From the human T2T-CHM13v2.0 reference genome, Homo sapiens: DNA of 64,000 bases. Shown in pieces: positions 23,133 through 38,100 of this stretch. The notes under the pieces are model-generated. The model searched no databases and was not told the origin of the DNA. It was given only the letters and a program-made list of their open reading frames with translations. The DNA lies in NCBI RefSeq assembly GCF_009914755.1, contig NC_060942.1. One strand, written 5' to 3'. Position 1 is the stretch's first letter. Each line of letters opens with the position of its first letter. Position numbers and translations under genes: made by a program.

Positions 23133-26100
23133 GAATTCATACAAATTGCAGACTGCAGCGTTCTGAGAAACATCTTTGTGATGTTTGTATTCAGGACACA
23201 GAGTTGAACATTCCCTATCATAGAGCAGGTTGGAATCACTCCTTTTGTAGTATCTGGAAGTGGACATTTGGAGCGCTTTCAGGCCTATGTTGAAAAAGGA
23301 AATGTCTTCCCATAACAACTAGACACAAGTATTCTCAGAAACTTGTTTGTGATGTGTGCCCTCTACTGACAGAGTTGAACCTTTCTTTTCATAGAGCAGT
23401 TTTGAAACACTCTTTTTGTAGAATCTGCAAGAGGATATTTGCATAGCTTTGAGGATTTCGTGGGAAACGGGATTGTCTTCAGGTAAAATCTAGACAGAAG
23501 CATTCTCAGAAACTTCTTTGGGATGTTTGCATTCAAGACACAGAGTAGAACATTCCCTTTGGTAGAGCAGGTTTCAAACACTCTTTTTGTAGTATCTGGA
23601 AGTGGACATTTGGAGCGCTTTCAGGCCCATGTTGGAAAGGGAAATATCTTCCCGTAACAACTAGGCAGAAGCATTCTCAGAAACTTATTTGAGATGTGTG
23701 TACTCAACTAAGAGAATTGAACCACCGTTTTGAAGGAGCAGTTTTGAAACACTCTTTTTCTGGATTCTGCAAGAATATATTTGCCTAGCCTTGAGGATTT
23801 CGTTGGAAACGGGATTGTCTTCAGATAAAATCTAGACAGAAGCATTCTCAGAAACTTCTTTGGGATGTTTGCATTCAAGTCACAGAGTAGAACATTCTCT
23901 TTGGTAGAGCAGGTTTGAAACACTCTTTTTTTAGTATCTGGAAGTGGACATTTGGAGCGCTTTCAGGCCTACGTTGGAAAAGGAAATATCTTCCCATAAC
24001 AACTAGACAGAAGCATTCTCAGAAACTAGTTTCTGATGTGTGTCCTCAACTAACACAGTTGTACATTTCTTTAGACAGAACAGTTTTGAAACACTCTTTT
24101 TGTGGAATCTGCAAGTGGATATTGGGCTAGATTTGAGGATTTCGTTGGAAACGGGATTACATATAAAAAGCAGTCAGCAGCATTCTCAGAAAGTTCTTTG
24201 TGATGATTGCATTCAAGTCACAGAATTGAACATTCCCTTTCACAGAGCAGGTTTGAAACACTCTTTTTGTAGTGTGTGTAAGTGGACATTTGGAGCGCTT
24301 TCCGGCCTAAGGTGAAAAAGGACATATCTTACCATAAAAACCAGACAGAAGCATTCTCAGAAACTTACTCGTGATGTGTGTCCTCAACTAAAGGAGTAGA
24401 AACTTTCTATTCATAGAGAAGTTTTGAAACGCTCTTTTTGTGGAATCTCCAAGTGGATATTTGGCTAGTTTTGAGGATTTCGTTGGAAGCGGGAATTCAT
24501 ACAAATTGCAGACTGCAGCGTTCTGAGAAACATCGTTGTGATGTTTGTATTCAGGACACAGAGTTGAACATTCCCTATCATAGAGCAGGTTTGAATCACT
24601 CCTTTTGTAGTATCTGGAAGTGGACATTTGGAGCGCTTTCAGGCCTATGTTGGAAAAGGAAATATCTTCCCATAACAACTAGACAGAAGCATTCTCAGAA
24701 ACTTATTTGAGATGTGTGTACTCAACTAAGAGAATTGAACCACCGTTTTGAAGGAGCAGTTTTGAAACACTCTTTTTCTGGAATCTGCAAGTGGATATTT
24801 GGCTAGCTTTGGGGATTTCGCTGGAAGCGGGAATACATATAAAAAGCACACAGCAGCGTTCTGAGAAACTGCTTTCTGATGTTTGCATTCAAGTCAAAAG
24901 TTGAACACTCCCTTTCATAGAGCAGTCTTGAAACACCCCTTTTGTAGTATCTGGAACTGGACATTTGGAGCGCTTTCAGGGCTAAGGTGAAAAAGGAAAT
25001 ATCTTCCCATAAAAACTGGACAGAAGCATTCTCAGAAACTTGTTTATGCTGTATCTACTCTACTAACAAAGTTGAACCTTTCTTTTGATAGAGCAGTTTT
25101 GAAATGCTCTTTTTGTGGAATCTGCAAGTGGATATTTGGCTAGTTTTGAGGATTTCGTTGGAAGCTGGAATTCATGCAAATTGCAGACTGCAGCGTTCTG
25201 AGAAACATCTTTGTGATGTTTGTATTCAGGACACAGAGTTGAACTTTCCCTATCGTAGAGCAGGTTGGAATCACTCCTTTTGCAGTATCTGGAAGTGGAC
25301 ATTTGGAGCGCTTTCAGGCCTATTTTGGAAAGGGAAATATCTTCCCGTAACAACTAGGCAGAAGCATTCTCAGAAACTTATTTGAGATGTGTGTACTCAA
25401 CTAAGAGAATTGAACCACCGTTTTGAAGGAGCAGATTTGAAACACTCTTTTTCTGGAATCTGCAAGAGTATATTTGCCTAGCCTTGAAGATTTCGTTGGA
25501 AACGGGATTGTCTTCAGATAAAATCTAGACAGAAGCATTCTCAGAAACTTCTTTGGGATGTTTGCATTCAAGTCACAGAGTAGAACATTCCCTTTGGTAG
25601 AGCAGGTTTGAAACACTCTTTTTTTAGTATATGGAAGTGGACATTTTGATCGCTTTCAGGCTTACGTTGGAAAAGGAAATATCTTCCCATAACAACTAGA
25701 CAGAAGCATTCTCAGAAACTAGTTTCTGATGTGTGTCCTCAACTAACACAGTTGAACATTTCTTTAGACAGAACAGTTTTGAAACACTCTTTTTGTGGAA
25801 TCTGCAAGTGGCTATTTGGCTAGATTTGAGGATTTCGTTGGAAACGGGATTACATATAAAAAGCAGTCAGCAGCATTCTCAGAAAGTTCTTTGTGATGAT
25901 TGCATTCAAGTCACAGAATTGAACATTCCCTTTCACAGAGCAGGTTTGAAACACTCTTTTTGTAGTGTGTGTAAGTGGACATTTGGAGCACTTACCGGCC
26001 TAAGGTGAAAAAGGAAATATCTTCCCATAAAAACTAGACAGAAGCATTCTCAGAAACTTACTCGTGATGTGTGTCCTCAACTAAAGGAGTAGAACCTTTC

Positions 26101-29100
26101 TTTTCATAGAGAAGTTTTGAAACGCTCTTTTTGTGGAATCTGCAAGTGGATATTTGGCTAGTTTTGAGGATTTCGTTGGAAGCGGGAATTCATACAAATT
26201 GCAGACTGCAGCGTTCTGAGAAACATCTTTGTGATGTTTGTATTCAGGACACAGAGTTGAACATTCCCTATCATAGAGCAGGTTTGAATCACTCCTTTTG
26301 TAGTATCTGGAAGTGGACATTTGGAGCGCTTTCAGGCCTATGTTGGAAAAGGAAATATCTTCCCATAACAACTAGACAGAAGCATTCTCAGAAACTTATT
26401 TGAGATGTGTCTACTCAACTAAGAGAATTGAACCACCGTTTTGAAGGAGCAGTTTTGAAACACTCTTTTTCTGGAATCTGCAAGTGGATATTTGGCTAGC
26501 TTTGGGGATTTCGCTGGAAGCGGGAATACATATAAAAAGCACAAAGCAGCGTTCTGAGAAACTGCTTTCTGATGTTTGCATTCAAGTCAAAAGTTGAACA
26601 CTCCCTTTCATAGAGCAGTCTTGAAACACCCCTTTTGTAGTATCTGGAACTGGACTTTTGGAGCGATTTTAGGGCTAAGGTGAAAAAGGAAATATCTTCC
26701 CATAAAAACTGGACAGAAGCATTCTCAGAAACTTGTTTATGCTGTATCTACTCAACTAACAAAGTTGAACCTTTCTTTTGATAGAGCAGTTTTGAAATGG
26801 TCTTTTTGTGGAATCTGCAAGTGGATATTTGGCTAGTTTTGAGGATTTCGTTGGAAGCGGGAATTCATACAAATTGCAGACTGCAGCGTTCTGAGAAACA
26901 TCTTTGTGATGTTTGTATTCAGGACACAGAGTTGAACATTCCCTATCATAGAGCAGGTTGGAATCACTCCTTTTGTAGTATCTGGAAGTGGACATTTGGA
27001 GCGCTTTCAGGCCTATGTTGAAAAAGGAAATGTCTTCCCATAACAACTAGACACAAGTATTCTCAGAAACTTGTTTGTGATGTGTGCCCTCTACTGACAG
27101 AGTTGAACCTTTCTTTTCATAGAGCAGTTTTGAAACACTCTTTTTGTAGAATCTGCAAGAGGATATTTGCATAGCTTTGAGGATTTCGTGGGAAACGGGA
27201 TTGTCTTCAGGTAAAATCTAGACAGAAGCATTCTCAGAAACTTCTTTGGGATGTTTGCATTCAAGTCACAGAGTAGAACATTCCCTTTGGTAGAGCAGGT
27301 TTCAAACACTCTTTTTGTAGTATCTGGAAGTGGACATTTGAAGCGCTTTCAGGCCTATGTTGGAAAGGGAAATATCTTCCCGTAACAACTAGGCAGAAGC
27401 ATTCTCAGAAACTTATTTGAGATGTGTGTACTCAACTAAGAGAATTGAACCACCGTTTTGAAGGCGCAGTTTTGAAACACTCTTTTTCTGGAATCTGCAA
27501 GAGTATATTTGCCTAGCCTTGACGATTTCGTTGGAAACGTGGTTGTCTTCAGATAAAATCTAGACAGAAGCATTCTCAGAAACTTCTTTGGGATGTTTGC
27601 ATTCAAGTCACAGAGTAGAACATTCCCTTTGGTAGAGCAGGTTTGAAACACTCTTTTTTTAGTATATGGAAGTGGACATTTGGATCGCTTTCAGGCCTAC
27701 GTTGGAAAAGGAAATATCTTCCCATAACGACTAGACAGAAGCATTCTCAGAAACTAGTTTCTGATGTGTGTCCTCAACTAACACAGTTGAACATTTCCTT
27801 AGACAGAACAGTTTTGAAACACTCTTTTTGTGGAATCTGCAAGTGGCTATTTGGCTAGATTTGAGGATTTCTTTGGAAACGGGATTACATATAAAAAGCA
27901 GTCAGCAGCATTCTCAGAAAGTTCTTTGTGATGATTGCATTCAAGTCACAGAATTGAACATTCCCTTTCACAGAGCAGGTTTGAAACACTCTTTTTGTAG
28001 TGTGTGTAAGTGGACATTTGGAGCGCTTTCCGGCCTAAGGTGAAAAAGGAAATATCTTCCCATAGAAACTAGAGAGAAGCATTCTCAGAAACTTACTCGT
28101 GATGTGTGTCCTCAACTAAAGGAGTAGAACCTTTCTATTCATAGAGAAGTTTTGAAACGCTCTTTTTGTGGAATCTCCAAGTGGATATTTGGCTAGTTTT
28201 GAGGATTTCGTTGGAAACGGGAATTCATACAAATTGCAGACTGCAGCGTTCTGAGAAACATCTTTGTGATGTTTGTATTCAAGACACAGAGATGAACATT
28301 CCCTATCATAGAGCAGGTTGGAATCACTCCTTTTGTAGTATCTGGAAGTGGACATTTGGAGTGCTTTCAGGCCTATGTTGAAAAAGGAAATATCTTCCCA
28401 TAACAACTAGACACAAGCATTCTCAGAAACTTGTTTGTGATGTGTGCCCTCTACTGACAGAGTTGAACCTTTCTTTTCATAGAGCAGTTTTGAAACACTC
28501 TTTTTGTAGAATCTGCAAGAGGATATTTGCATAGCTTTGAGGATTTCGTGGGAAACGGGATTGCCTTCAGGTAAAATCTAGACAGAAGCATTCTCAGAAA
28601 CTTCTTTGGGATGTTTGCATTCAAGTCACAGAGTAGAACATTCCCTTTGGTAGAGCAGGTTTGAAACCCTCCTTTTGTAGTATCTGGAAGTGGACATTTG
28701 GAGCGCTTTCAGGCCCATGTTGGAAAGGGAAATATCTTCCCGTAACAACTAGGCAGAAGCATTCTCAGAAACTTATTTGAGATGTGTGTACTCAACTAAG
28801 AGAATTGAACCACCGTTTTGAAGGCGCAGTTTTGAAACACTCTTTTTCTGGAATCTGCAAGAGTATATTTGCCTAGCCTTGAGGATTTCGTTGGAAACGG
28901 GATTGTCTTCAGATAAAATCTAGACAGAAGCATTCTCAGAAACTTCTTTGGGATGTTTGCATTCAAGTCACAGAGTAGAACATTCCCTTTGGTAGAGCAG
29001 GTTTGAAACACTCTTTTTTTAGTATATGGAAGTGGACATTTGGAGCGCTTTCAGGCCTACGTTGGAAAAGGAAATATCTTCCCATAACAACTAAACAGAA

Positions 29101-32100
29101 GCATTCTCAGAAACTAGTTTCTGATGTGTGTCCTCAACTAACACAGTTGAACTTTTCTTTAGACAGAACAGTTTTGAAACACTCTTTTTGTGGAATCTGC
29201 AAGTGGCTATTTGGCTAGATTTGAGGATTTCGTTGGAAACGGGATTACATATAAAAAGCAGTCAGCAGCATTCTCAGAAAGTTCTTTGTGATGATTGCAT
29301 TCAAGTCACAGAATTGAACATTCCCTTTCACAGAGCAGGTTTGAAACACTCTTTTTGTAGTGTGTGTAAGTGGACATTTGGAGCACTTACCGGCCTAAGG
29401 TGAAAAAGGAAATATCTTCCCATAAAAACTAGACAGAAGCATTCTCAGAAACTTACTCGTGATGTGTGTCCTCAACTAAAGTAGTAGAACCTTTCTTTTC
29501 ATAGAGAAGTTTTGAAACGCTCTTTTTGTGGAATCTGCAAGTGGATATTTGGCTAGTTTTGAGGATTTCGTTGGAAGCGGGAATTCATACAAATTGCAGA
29601 CTGCAGCGTTCTGAGAAACATCTTTGTGATGTTTGTATTCAGGACACAGAGTTGAACATTCCCTATCATAGAGCAGGTTTGAATCACTCCTTTTGTAGTA
29701 TCTGGAAGTGGACATTTGGAGCGCTTTCAGGCCTATGTTGGAAAAGGAAATATCTTCCCATAACAACTAGACAGAAGCATTCTCAGAAACTTATTTGAGA
29801 TGTGTCTACTCAACTAAGAGAATTGAACCACCGTTTTGAAGGAGCAGTTTTGAAACACTCTTTTTCTGGAATCTGCAAGTGGATATTTGGCTAGCTTTGG
29901 GGATTTCGCTGGAAGCGGGAATACATATAAAAAGCACACAGCAGCGTTCTGAGAAACTGCTTTCTGATGTTTGCATTCAAGTCAAAAGTTGAACACTCCC
30001 TTTCATAGAGCAGTCTTGAAACACCCCTTTTGTAGTATCTGGAACTGGACTTTTGGAGCGATTTCAGGGCTAAGGTGAAAAAGGAAATATCTTCCCATAA
30101 AAACTGGACAGAAGCATTCTCAGAAACTTGTTTATGCTGTATCTACTCAACTAACAAAGTTGAACCTTTCTTTTGATAGAGCAGTTTTGAAATGGTCTTT
30201 TTGTGGAATCTGCAAGTGGATATTTGGCTAGTTTTGAGGATTTCGTTGGAAGCGGGAATTCATACAAATTGCAGACTGCAGCGTTATGAGAAACATCTTT
30301 GTGATGTTTGTATTCAGGACACAGAGTTGAACATTCCCTATCATAGAGCAGGTTGGAATCACTCCTTTTGTAGTATCTGGAAGTGGACATTTGGAGCGCT
30401 TTCAGGCCTATTTTGGACAGGGAAATATCTTCCCATAACAACTATGCAGAAGCATTCTCAGAAACTTGTTTGTGATGTGTGCCCTCTACTGACAGAGTTG
30501 AACCTTTCTTTTCTTAGAGCAGTTTTGAAACACTCTTTTTGTAGAATCTGCAAGAGGATATTTGCATAGCTTTGAGGATTTCGTGGGAAACGGGATTGTC
30601 TTCAGGTAAAATCTAGACAGAAGCATTCTCAGAAACTTCTTTGGGATGTTTGCATTCAAGACACAAAGTAGAACATTCCCTTTGGTAGAGCAGGTTTGAA
30701 ACACTCTTTTTGTAGTATCTGGAAGTGGACATTTGGAGCGCTTTCAGGCCCATGTTGGAAAGGGAAATATCTTCCCGTAACAACTAGGCAGAAGCATTCT
30801 CAGAAACTTATTTGAGATGTGTGTACTCAACTAAGAGAATTGAACCACCGTTTTGAAGGAGCAGTTTTGAAACACTCTTTTTCTGGATTCTGCAAGAATA
30901 TATTTGCCTAGCCTTGAGGATTTCGTTGGAAACGGGATTGTCTTCAGATAAAATCTAGACAGAAGCATTCTCAGAAACTTCTTTGGGATGTTTGCATTCA
31001 AGTCACAGAGTAGAACATTCTCTTTGGTAGAGCAGGTTTGAAACACTCTTTTTTTAGTATCTGGAAGTGGACATTTGGAGCGCTTTCAGGCCTACGTTGG
31101 AAAAGGAAATATCTTCCCATAACAACTAGACAGAAGCATTCTCAGAAACTAGTTTCTGATGTGTGTCCTCAACTAACACAGTTGTACATTTCTTTAGACA
31201 GAACAGTTTTGAAACACTCTTTTTGTGGAATCTGCAAGTGGATATTGGGCTAGATTTGAGGATTTCGTTGGAAACGGGATTACATATAAAAAGCAGTCAG
31301 CAGCATTCTCAGAAAGTTCTTTGTGATGATTGCATTCAAGTGACAGAATTGAACATTCCCTTTCACAGAGCAGGTTTGAAACACTCTTTTTGTAGTGTGT
31401 GTAAGTGGACATTTGGAGCGCTTTCCGGCCTAAGGTGAAAAAGGACATATCTTACCATAAAAACCAGACAGAAGCATTCTCAGAAACTTACTCGTGATGT
31501 GTGTCCTCAACTAAAGGAGTAGAAACTTTCTATTCATAGAGAAGTTTTGAAACGCTCTTTTTGTGGAATCTCCAAGTGGATATTTGGCTAGTTTTGAGGA
31601 TTTCGTTGGAAGCGGGAATTCATACAAATTGCAGACTGCAGCGTTCTGAGAAACATCGTTGTGATGTTTGTATTCAGGACACAGAGTTGAACATTCCCTA
31701 TCATAGAGCAGGTTTGAATCACTCCTTTTGTAGTATCTGGAAGTGGACATTTGGAGCGCTTTCAGGCCTATGTTGGAAAAGGAAATATCTTCCCATAACA
31801 ACTAGACAGAAGCATTCTCAGAAACTTATTTGAGATGTGTGTACTCAACTAAGAGAATTGAACCACCGTTTTGAAGGAGCAGTTTTGAAACACTCTTTTT
31901 CTGGAATCTGCAAGTGGATATTTGGCTAGCTTTGGGGATTTCGCTGGAAGCGGGAATACATATAAAAAGCACACAGCAGCGTTCTGAGAAACTGCTTTCT
32001 GATGTTTGCATTCAAGTCAAAAGTTGAACACTCCCTTTCATAGAGCAGTCTTGAAACACCCCTTTTGTAGTATCTGGAACTGGACATTTGGAGCGCTTTC

Positions 32101-35100
32101 AGGGCTAAGGTGAAAAAGGAAATATCTTCCCATAAAAACTGGACAGAAGCATTCTCAGAAACTTGTTTATGCTGTATCTACTCTACTAACAAAGTTGAAC
32201 CTTTCTTTTGATAGAGCAGTTTTGAAATGCTCTTTTTGTGGAATCTGCAAGTGGATATTTGGCTAGTTTTGAGGATTTCGTTGGAAGCTGGAATTCATGC
32301 AAATTGCAGACTGCAGCGTTCTGAGAAACATCTTTGTGATGTTTGTATTCAGGACACAGAGTTGAACTTTCCCTATCGTAGAGCAGGTTGGAATCACTCC
32401 TTTTGCAGTATCTGGAAGTGGACATTTGGAGCGCTTTCAGGCCTATTTTGGAAAGGGAAATATCTTCCCGTAACAACTAGGCAGAAGCATTCTCAGAAAC
32501 TTATTTGAGATGTGTGTACTCAACTAAGAGAATTGAACCACCGTTTTGAAGGAGCAGATTTGAAACACTCTTTTTCTGGAATCTGCAAGAGTATATTTGC
32601 CTAGCCTTGAAGATTTCGTTGGAAACGGGATTGTCTTCAGATAAAATCTAGACAGAAGCATTCTCAGAAACTTCTTTGGGATGTTTGCATTGAAGTCACA
32701 GAGTAGAACATTCCCTTTGGTAGAGCAGGTTTGAAACACTCTTTTTTTAGTATATGGAAGTGGACATTTGGAGCGCTTTCAGGCCTACGTTGGAAAAGGA
32801 AATATCTTCCCATAACAACTAGACAGAAGCATTCTCAGAAACTAGTTTCTGATGTGTGTCCTCAACTAACACAGTTGAACTTTTCTTTAGACAGAACAGT
32901 TTTGAAACACTCTTTTTGTGGAATCTGCAAGTGGATATTTGGCTAGATTTGAGGATTTCCTTGGAAACGGGATTACATATAAAAAGCAGACAGCAGCATT
33001 CTCAGAAAGTTCTTTTTGATGATTGCATTCAAGTCACAGAATTGAACATTCCCTTTCACAGAGCAGGTTTGAAACACTCTTTTTGTAGTGTGTGTAAGTG
33101 GACATTTGGAGCGCTTTCCGGCCTAAGGTGAAAAAGGAAATATCTTCCCATAAAAACTAGACAGAAGCATTCTCAGAAACTTACTCGTGATGTGTGTCCT
33201 CAACTAAAGGAGTAGAACCTTTCTATTCATAGAGAAGTTTTGAAACGCTCTTTTTGTGGAATCTCCAAGTGGATATTTGGCTAGTTTTGAGGATTTCGTT
33301 GGAAGCGGGAATTCATACAAATTGCAGACTGCAGCGTTCTGAGAAACATCTTTGTGATGTTTGTATTCAGGACACAGAGATGAACATTCCCTATCATAGA
33401 GCAGGTTGGAATCACTCCTTTTGTAGTATCTGGAAGTGGACATTTGGAGCGCTTTCAGGCCTATGTTGAAAAAGGAAATATCTTCCCATAACAACTAGAC
33501 ACAAGCATTCTCAGAAACTTGTTTGTGATGTGTGCCCTCTACTGACAGAGTTGAACCTTTCTTTTCATAGAGCAGTTTTGAAACACTCTTTTTGTAGAAT
33601 CTGCAAGAGGATATTTGCATAGCTTTGAGGATTTCGTGGGAAACGGGATTGTCTTCAGGTAAAATCTAGACAGAAGCATTCTCAGAAACTTCTTTGGGAT
33701 GTTTGCATTCAAGTCACAGAGTAGAACATTCCCTTTGGTAGAGCAGGTTTGAAACACTCTTTTTGTAGTATCTGGAAGTGGACATTTGGAGCGCTTTCAG
33801 GAACATGTTGGAAAGGGAAATATCTTCCCGTAACAACTAGGCAGAAGCATTCTCAGAAACATATTTGAGATGTGTGTACTCAACTAAGAGAATTGAACCA
33901 CCGTTTTGAAGGAGCAGTTTTGAAACACTCTTTTTCTGGAATCTGCAAGAGTATATTTGCCTAGCCTTGAGAATTTCGTTGGAAACGGGATTGTCTTCAG
34001 ATAAAATCTAGACAGAAGCATTCTCAGAAACTTCTTTGGGATGTTTGCATTCAAGTCACAGAGTAGAACATTCCCTTTGGTAGAGCAGGTTTGAAACACT
34101 CTTTTTTTAGTATATGGAAGTGGACATTTGGAGCGCTTTCAGGCCTACGTTGGAAAAGGAAATATCTTCCCATAACAACTAGACAGAAGCATTCTCAGAA
34201 ACTAGTTTCTGATGTGTGTCCTCAACTAACACAGTTGAACTTTTCTTTAGACAGAACAGTTTTGAAACACTCTTTTTGTGGAATCTGCAAGTGGATATTT
34301 GGCTAGATTTGAGGATTTCGTTGGAAACGGGATTACATATAAAAAGCAGACAGCAGCATTCTCAGAAAGTTCTTTGTGATGATTGCATTCAAGTCACAGA
34401 ATTGAACATTCCCTTTCACAGAGCAGGTTTGAAACCCTCTTTTTGTAGTGTGTGTAAGTGGACATTTGGAGCGCTTTCCGGCCTAAGGTGCAAAAGGAAA
34501 TATCTTCCCATAAAAACTAGACAGAAGCATTCTCAGAAACTTACTCGTGATGTGTGTCCTCAACTAAAGGAGTAGAACATTTCTATTCATAGAGAAGTTT
34601 TGAAACGCTCTTTTTGTGGAATCTGCAAGTGGATATTTGGCTAGTTTTGAGGATTTCGTTGGAAGCGGGAATTCATACAAATTGCAGACTGCAGCGTTCT
34701 GAGAATCATCTTTGTGATGTTTGTATTCAGGACACAGAGATGAACATTCCCTATCATAGAGTAGGTTGGAATCACTCCTTTTGTAGTATCTGGAAGTGGA
34801 CATTTGGAGCGCTTTCAGTCCTATGTTGAAAAAGGAAATATCTTCCCATAACAACTAGACAGAAGCATTCTCAGAAACTTGTTTGTGATGTGTGCCCTCT
34901 ACTGACAGAGTTGAACCTTTCTTTTCATAGAGCAGTTTTGAAACACTCTTTTTGTAGAATCTGCAAGAGGATATTTGCATAGCTTTGAGGATTCCGTGGG
35001 AAACGGGATTGTCTTCAGGTAAAATCTAGACAGAAGCATTCTCAGAAACTTCTTTGGGATGTTTGCATTCAAGTCACAGAGTAGAACATTCCCTTTGGTA

Positions 35101-38100
35101 GAGCAGGTTTGAAACACTCTTTTTGTAGTATCTGGAAGTGGACATTTGGAGCACTTTCAGGCCCATGTTGGAAAGGGAAATATCTTCCCGTAACAACTAG
35201 GCAGAAGCATTCTCTGAAACTTTTTTGAGATGTGTGTACGCAACTAAGAGAATTGAACCACCGTTTTGAAGGAGCAGTTTTGAAACACTCTTTTTCTGGA
35301 ATCTGCTAGACGATATTTGCCTAGCCTTGAGGATTTCGTTGGAAACGGGATTGTCTTCAGATAAAATCTAGACAGAAGCATTCTCAGAAACTTCTTTGGG
35401 ATGTTTGTATTCAAGTCACAGAGTAGAACATTCCCTTTGGTAGAGCAGGTTTGAAACACTCTTTTTTTAGTATATGGAAATGGACATTTGGAGCGCTTTC
35501 AGGCCTACGTTGGAAAAGGAAATATCTTCCCATAACAACTAGACAGAAGCATTCTCAGAAACTAGTTTCTGATGTGTGTCCTCAACTAACACAGTTGAAC
35601 TTTTCTTTAGACAGAACAGTTTTGAAACACTCTTTTTGTGGAATCTGCAAGTGGCTATTTGGCTAGATTTGAGGATTTCGTTGGAAACGGGATTACATAT
35701 AAAAAGCAGTCAGCAGCATTCTCAGAAAGTTCTTTGTGATGATTGCATTCAAGTCACAGAATTGAACATTCCCTTTCACAGAGCAGGTTTGAAACACTCT
35801 TTTTGTAGTGTGTGTAAGTGGACATTTGGAGCACTTACCGGCCTAAGGTGAAAAAGGAAATATCTTCCCATAAAAACTAGACAGAAGCATTCTCAGAAAC
35901 TTACTCGTGATGTGTGTCCTCAACTAAAGCAGTAGAACCTTTCTTTTCATAGAGAAGTTTTGAAACGCTCTTTTTGTGGAATCTGCAAGTGGATATTTGG
36001 CTAGTTTTGAGGATTTCGTTGGAAGCGGGAATTCATACAAATTGCAGACTGCAGCGTTCTGAGAAACATCTTTGTGATGTTTGTATTCAGGACACAGAGT
36101 TGAACATTCCCTATCATAGAGCAGGTTTGAATCACTCCTTTTGTAGTATCTGGAAGTGGACATTTGGAGCGCTTTCAGGCGTATGTTGGAAAAGGAAATA
36201 TCTTCCCATAACAACTAGACAGAAGCATTCTCAGAAACTTATTTGAGATGTGTCTACTCAACTAAGAGAATTGAACCACCGTTTTGAAGGAGCAGTTTTG
36301 AAACACTCTTTTTCTGGAATCTGCAAGTGGATATTTGGCTAGCTTTGGGGATTTCGCTGGAAGCGGGAATACATATAAAAAGCACACAGCAGCGTTCTGA
36401 GAAACTGCTTTCTGATGTTTGCATTCAAGTCAAAAGTTGAACACTCCCTTTCATAGAGCAGTCTTGAAACACCCCTTTTGTAGTATCTGGAACTGGACTT
36501 TTGGAGCGATTTTAGGGCTAAGGTGAAAAAGGAAATATCTTCCCATAAAAACTGGACAGAAGCATTCTCAGAAACTTGTTTATGCTGTATCTACTCAACT
36601 AACAAAGTTGAACCTTTCTTTTGATAGAGCAGTTTTGAAATGGTCTTTTTGTGGAATCTGCAAGTGGATATTTGGCTAGTTTTGAGGATTTCGTTGGAAG
36701 CGGGAATTCATACAAATTGCAGACTGCAGCGTTATGAGAAACATCTTTGTGATGTTTGTATTCAGGACACAGAGTTGAACATTCCCTATCATAGAGCAGG
36801 TTGGAATCACTCCTTTTGTAGTATCTGGAAGTGGACATTTGGAGCGCTTTCAGGCCTATTTTGGACAGGGAAATATCTTCCCATAACAACTATGCAGAAG
36901 CATTCTCAGAAACTTGTTTGTGATGTGTGCCCTCTACTGACAGAGTTGAACCTTTCTTTTCTTAGAGCAGTTTTGAAACACTCTTTTTGTAGAATCTGCA
37001 AGAGGATATTTGCATAGCTTTGAGGATTTCGTGGGAAACGGGATTGTCTTCAGGTAAAATCTAGACAGAAGCATTCTCAGAAACTTCTTTGGGATGTTTG
37101 CATTCAAGACACAGAGTAGAACATTCCCTTTGGTAGAGCAGGTTTGAAACACTCTTTTTGTAGTATCTGGAAGTGGACATTTGGAGCGCTTTCAGGCCCA
37201 TGTTGGAAAGGGAAATATCTTCCCGTAACAACTAGGCAGAAGCATTCTCAGAAACTTATTTGAGATGTGTGTACTCAACTAAGAGAATTGAACCACCGTT
37301 TTGAAGGAGCAGTTTTGAAACACTCTTTTTCTGGATTCTGCAAGAATATATTTGCCTAGCCTTGAGGATTTCGTTGGAAACGGGATTGTCTTCAGATAAA
37401 ATCTAGACAGAAGCATTCTCAGAAACTTCTTTGGGATGTTTGCATTCAAGTCACAGAGTAGAACATTCTCTTTGGTAGAGCAGGTTTGAAACACTCTTTT
37501 TTTAGTATCTGGAAGTGGACATTTGGAGCGCTTTCAGGCCTACGTTGGAAAAGGAAATATCTTCCCATAACAACTAGACAGAAGCATTCTCAGAAACTAG
37601 TTTCTGATGTGTGTCCTCAACTAACACAGTTGTACATTTCTTTAGACAGAACAGTTTTGAAACACTCTTTTTGTGGAATCTGCAAGTGGATATTGGGCTA
37701 GATTTGAGGATTTCGTTGGAAACGGGATTACATATAAAAAGCAGTCAGCAGCATTCTCAGAAAGTTCTTTGTGATGATTGCATTCAAGTCACAGAATTGA
37801 ACATTCCCTTTCACAGAGCAGGTTTGAAACACTCTTTTTGTAGTGTGTGTAAGTGGACATTTGGAGCGCTTTCCGCCCTAAGGTGAAAAAGGACATATCT
37901 TACCATAAAAACCAGACAGAAGCATTCTCAGAAACTTACTCGTGATGTGTGTCCTCAACTAAAGGAGTAGAAACTTTCTATTCATAGAGAAGTTTTGAAA
38001 CGCTCTTTTTGTGGAATCTCCAAGTGGATATTTGGCTAGTTTTGAGGATTTCGTTGGAAGCGGGAATTCATACAAATTGCAGACTGCAGCGTTCTGAGAA

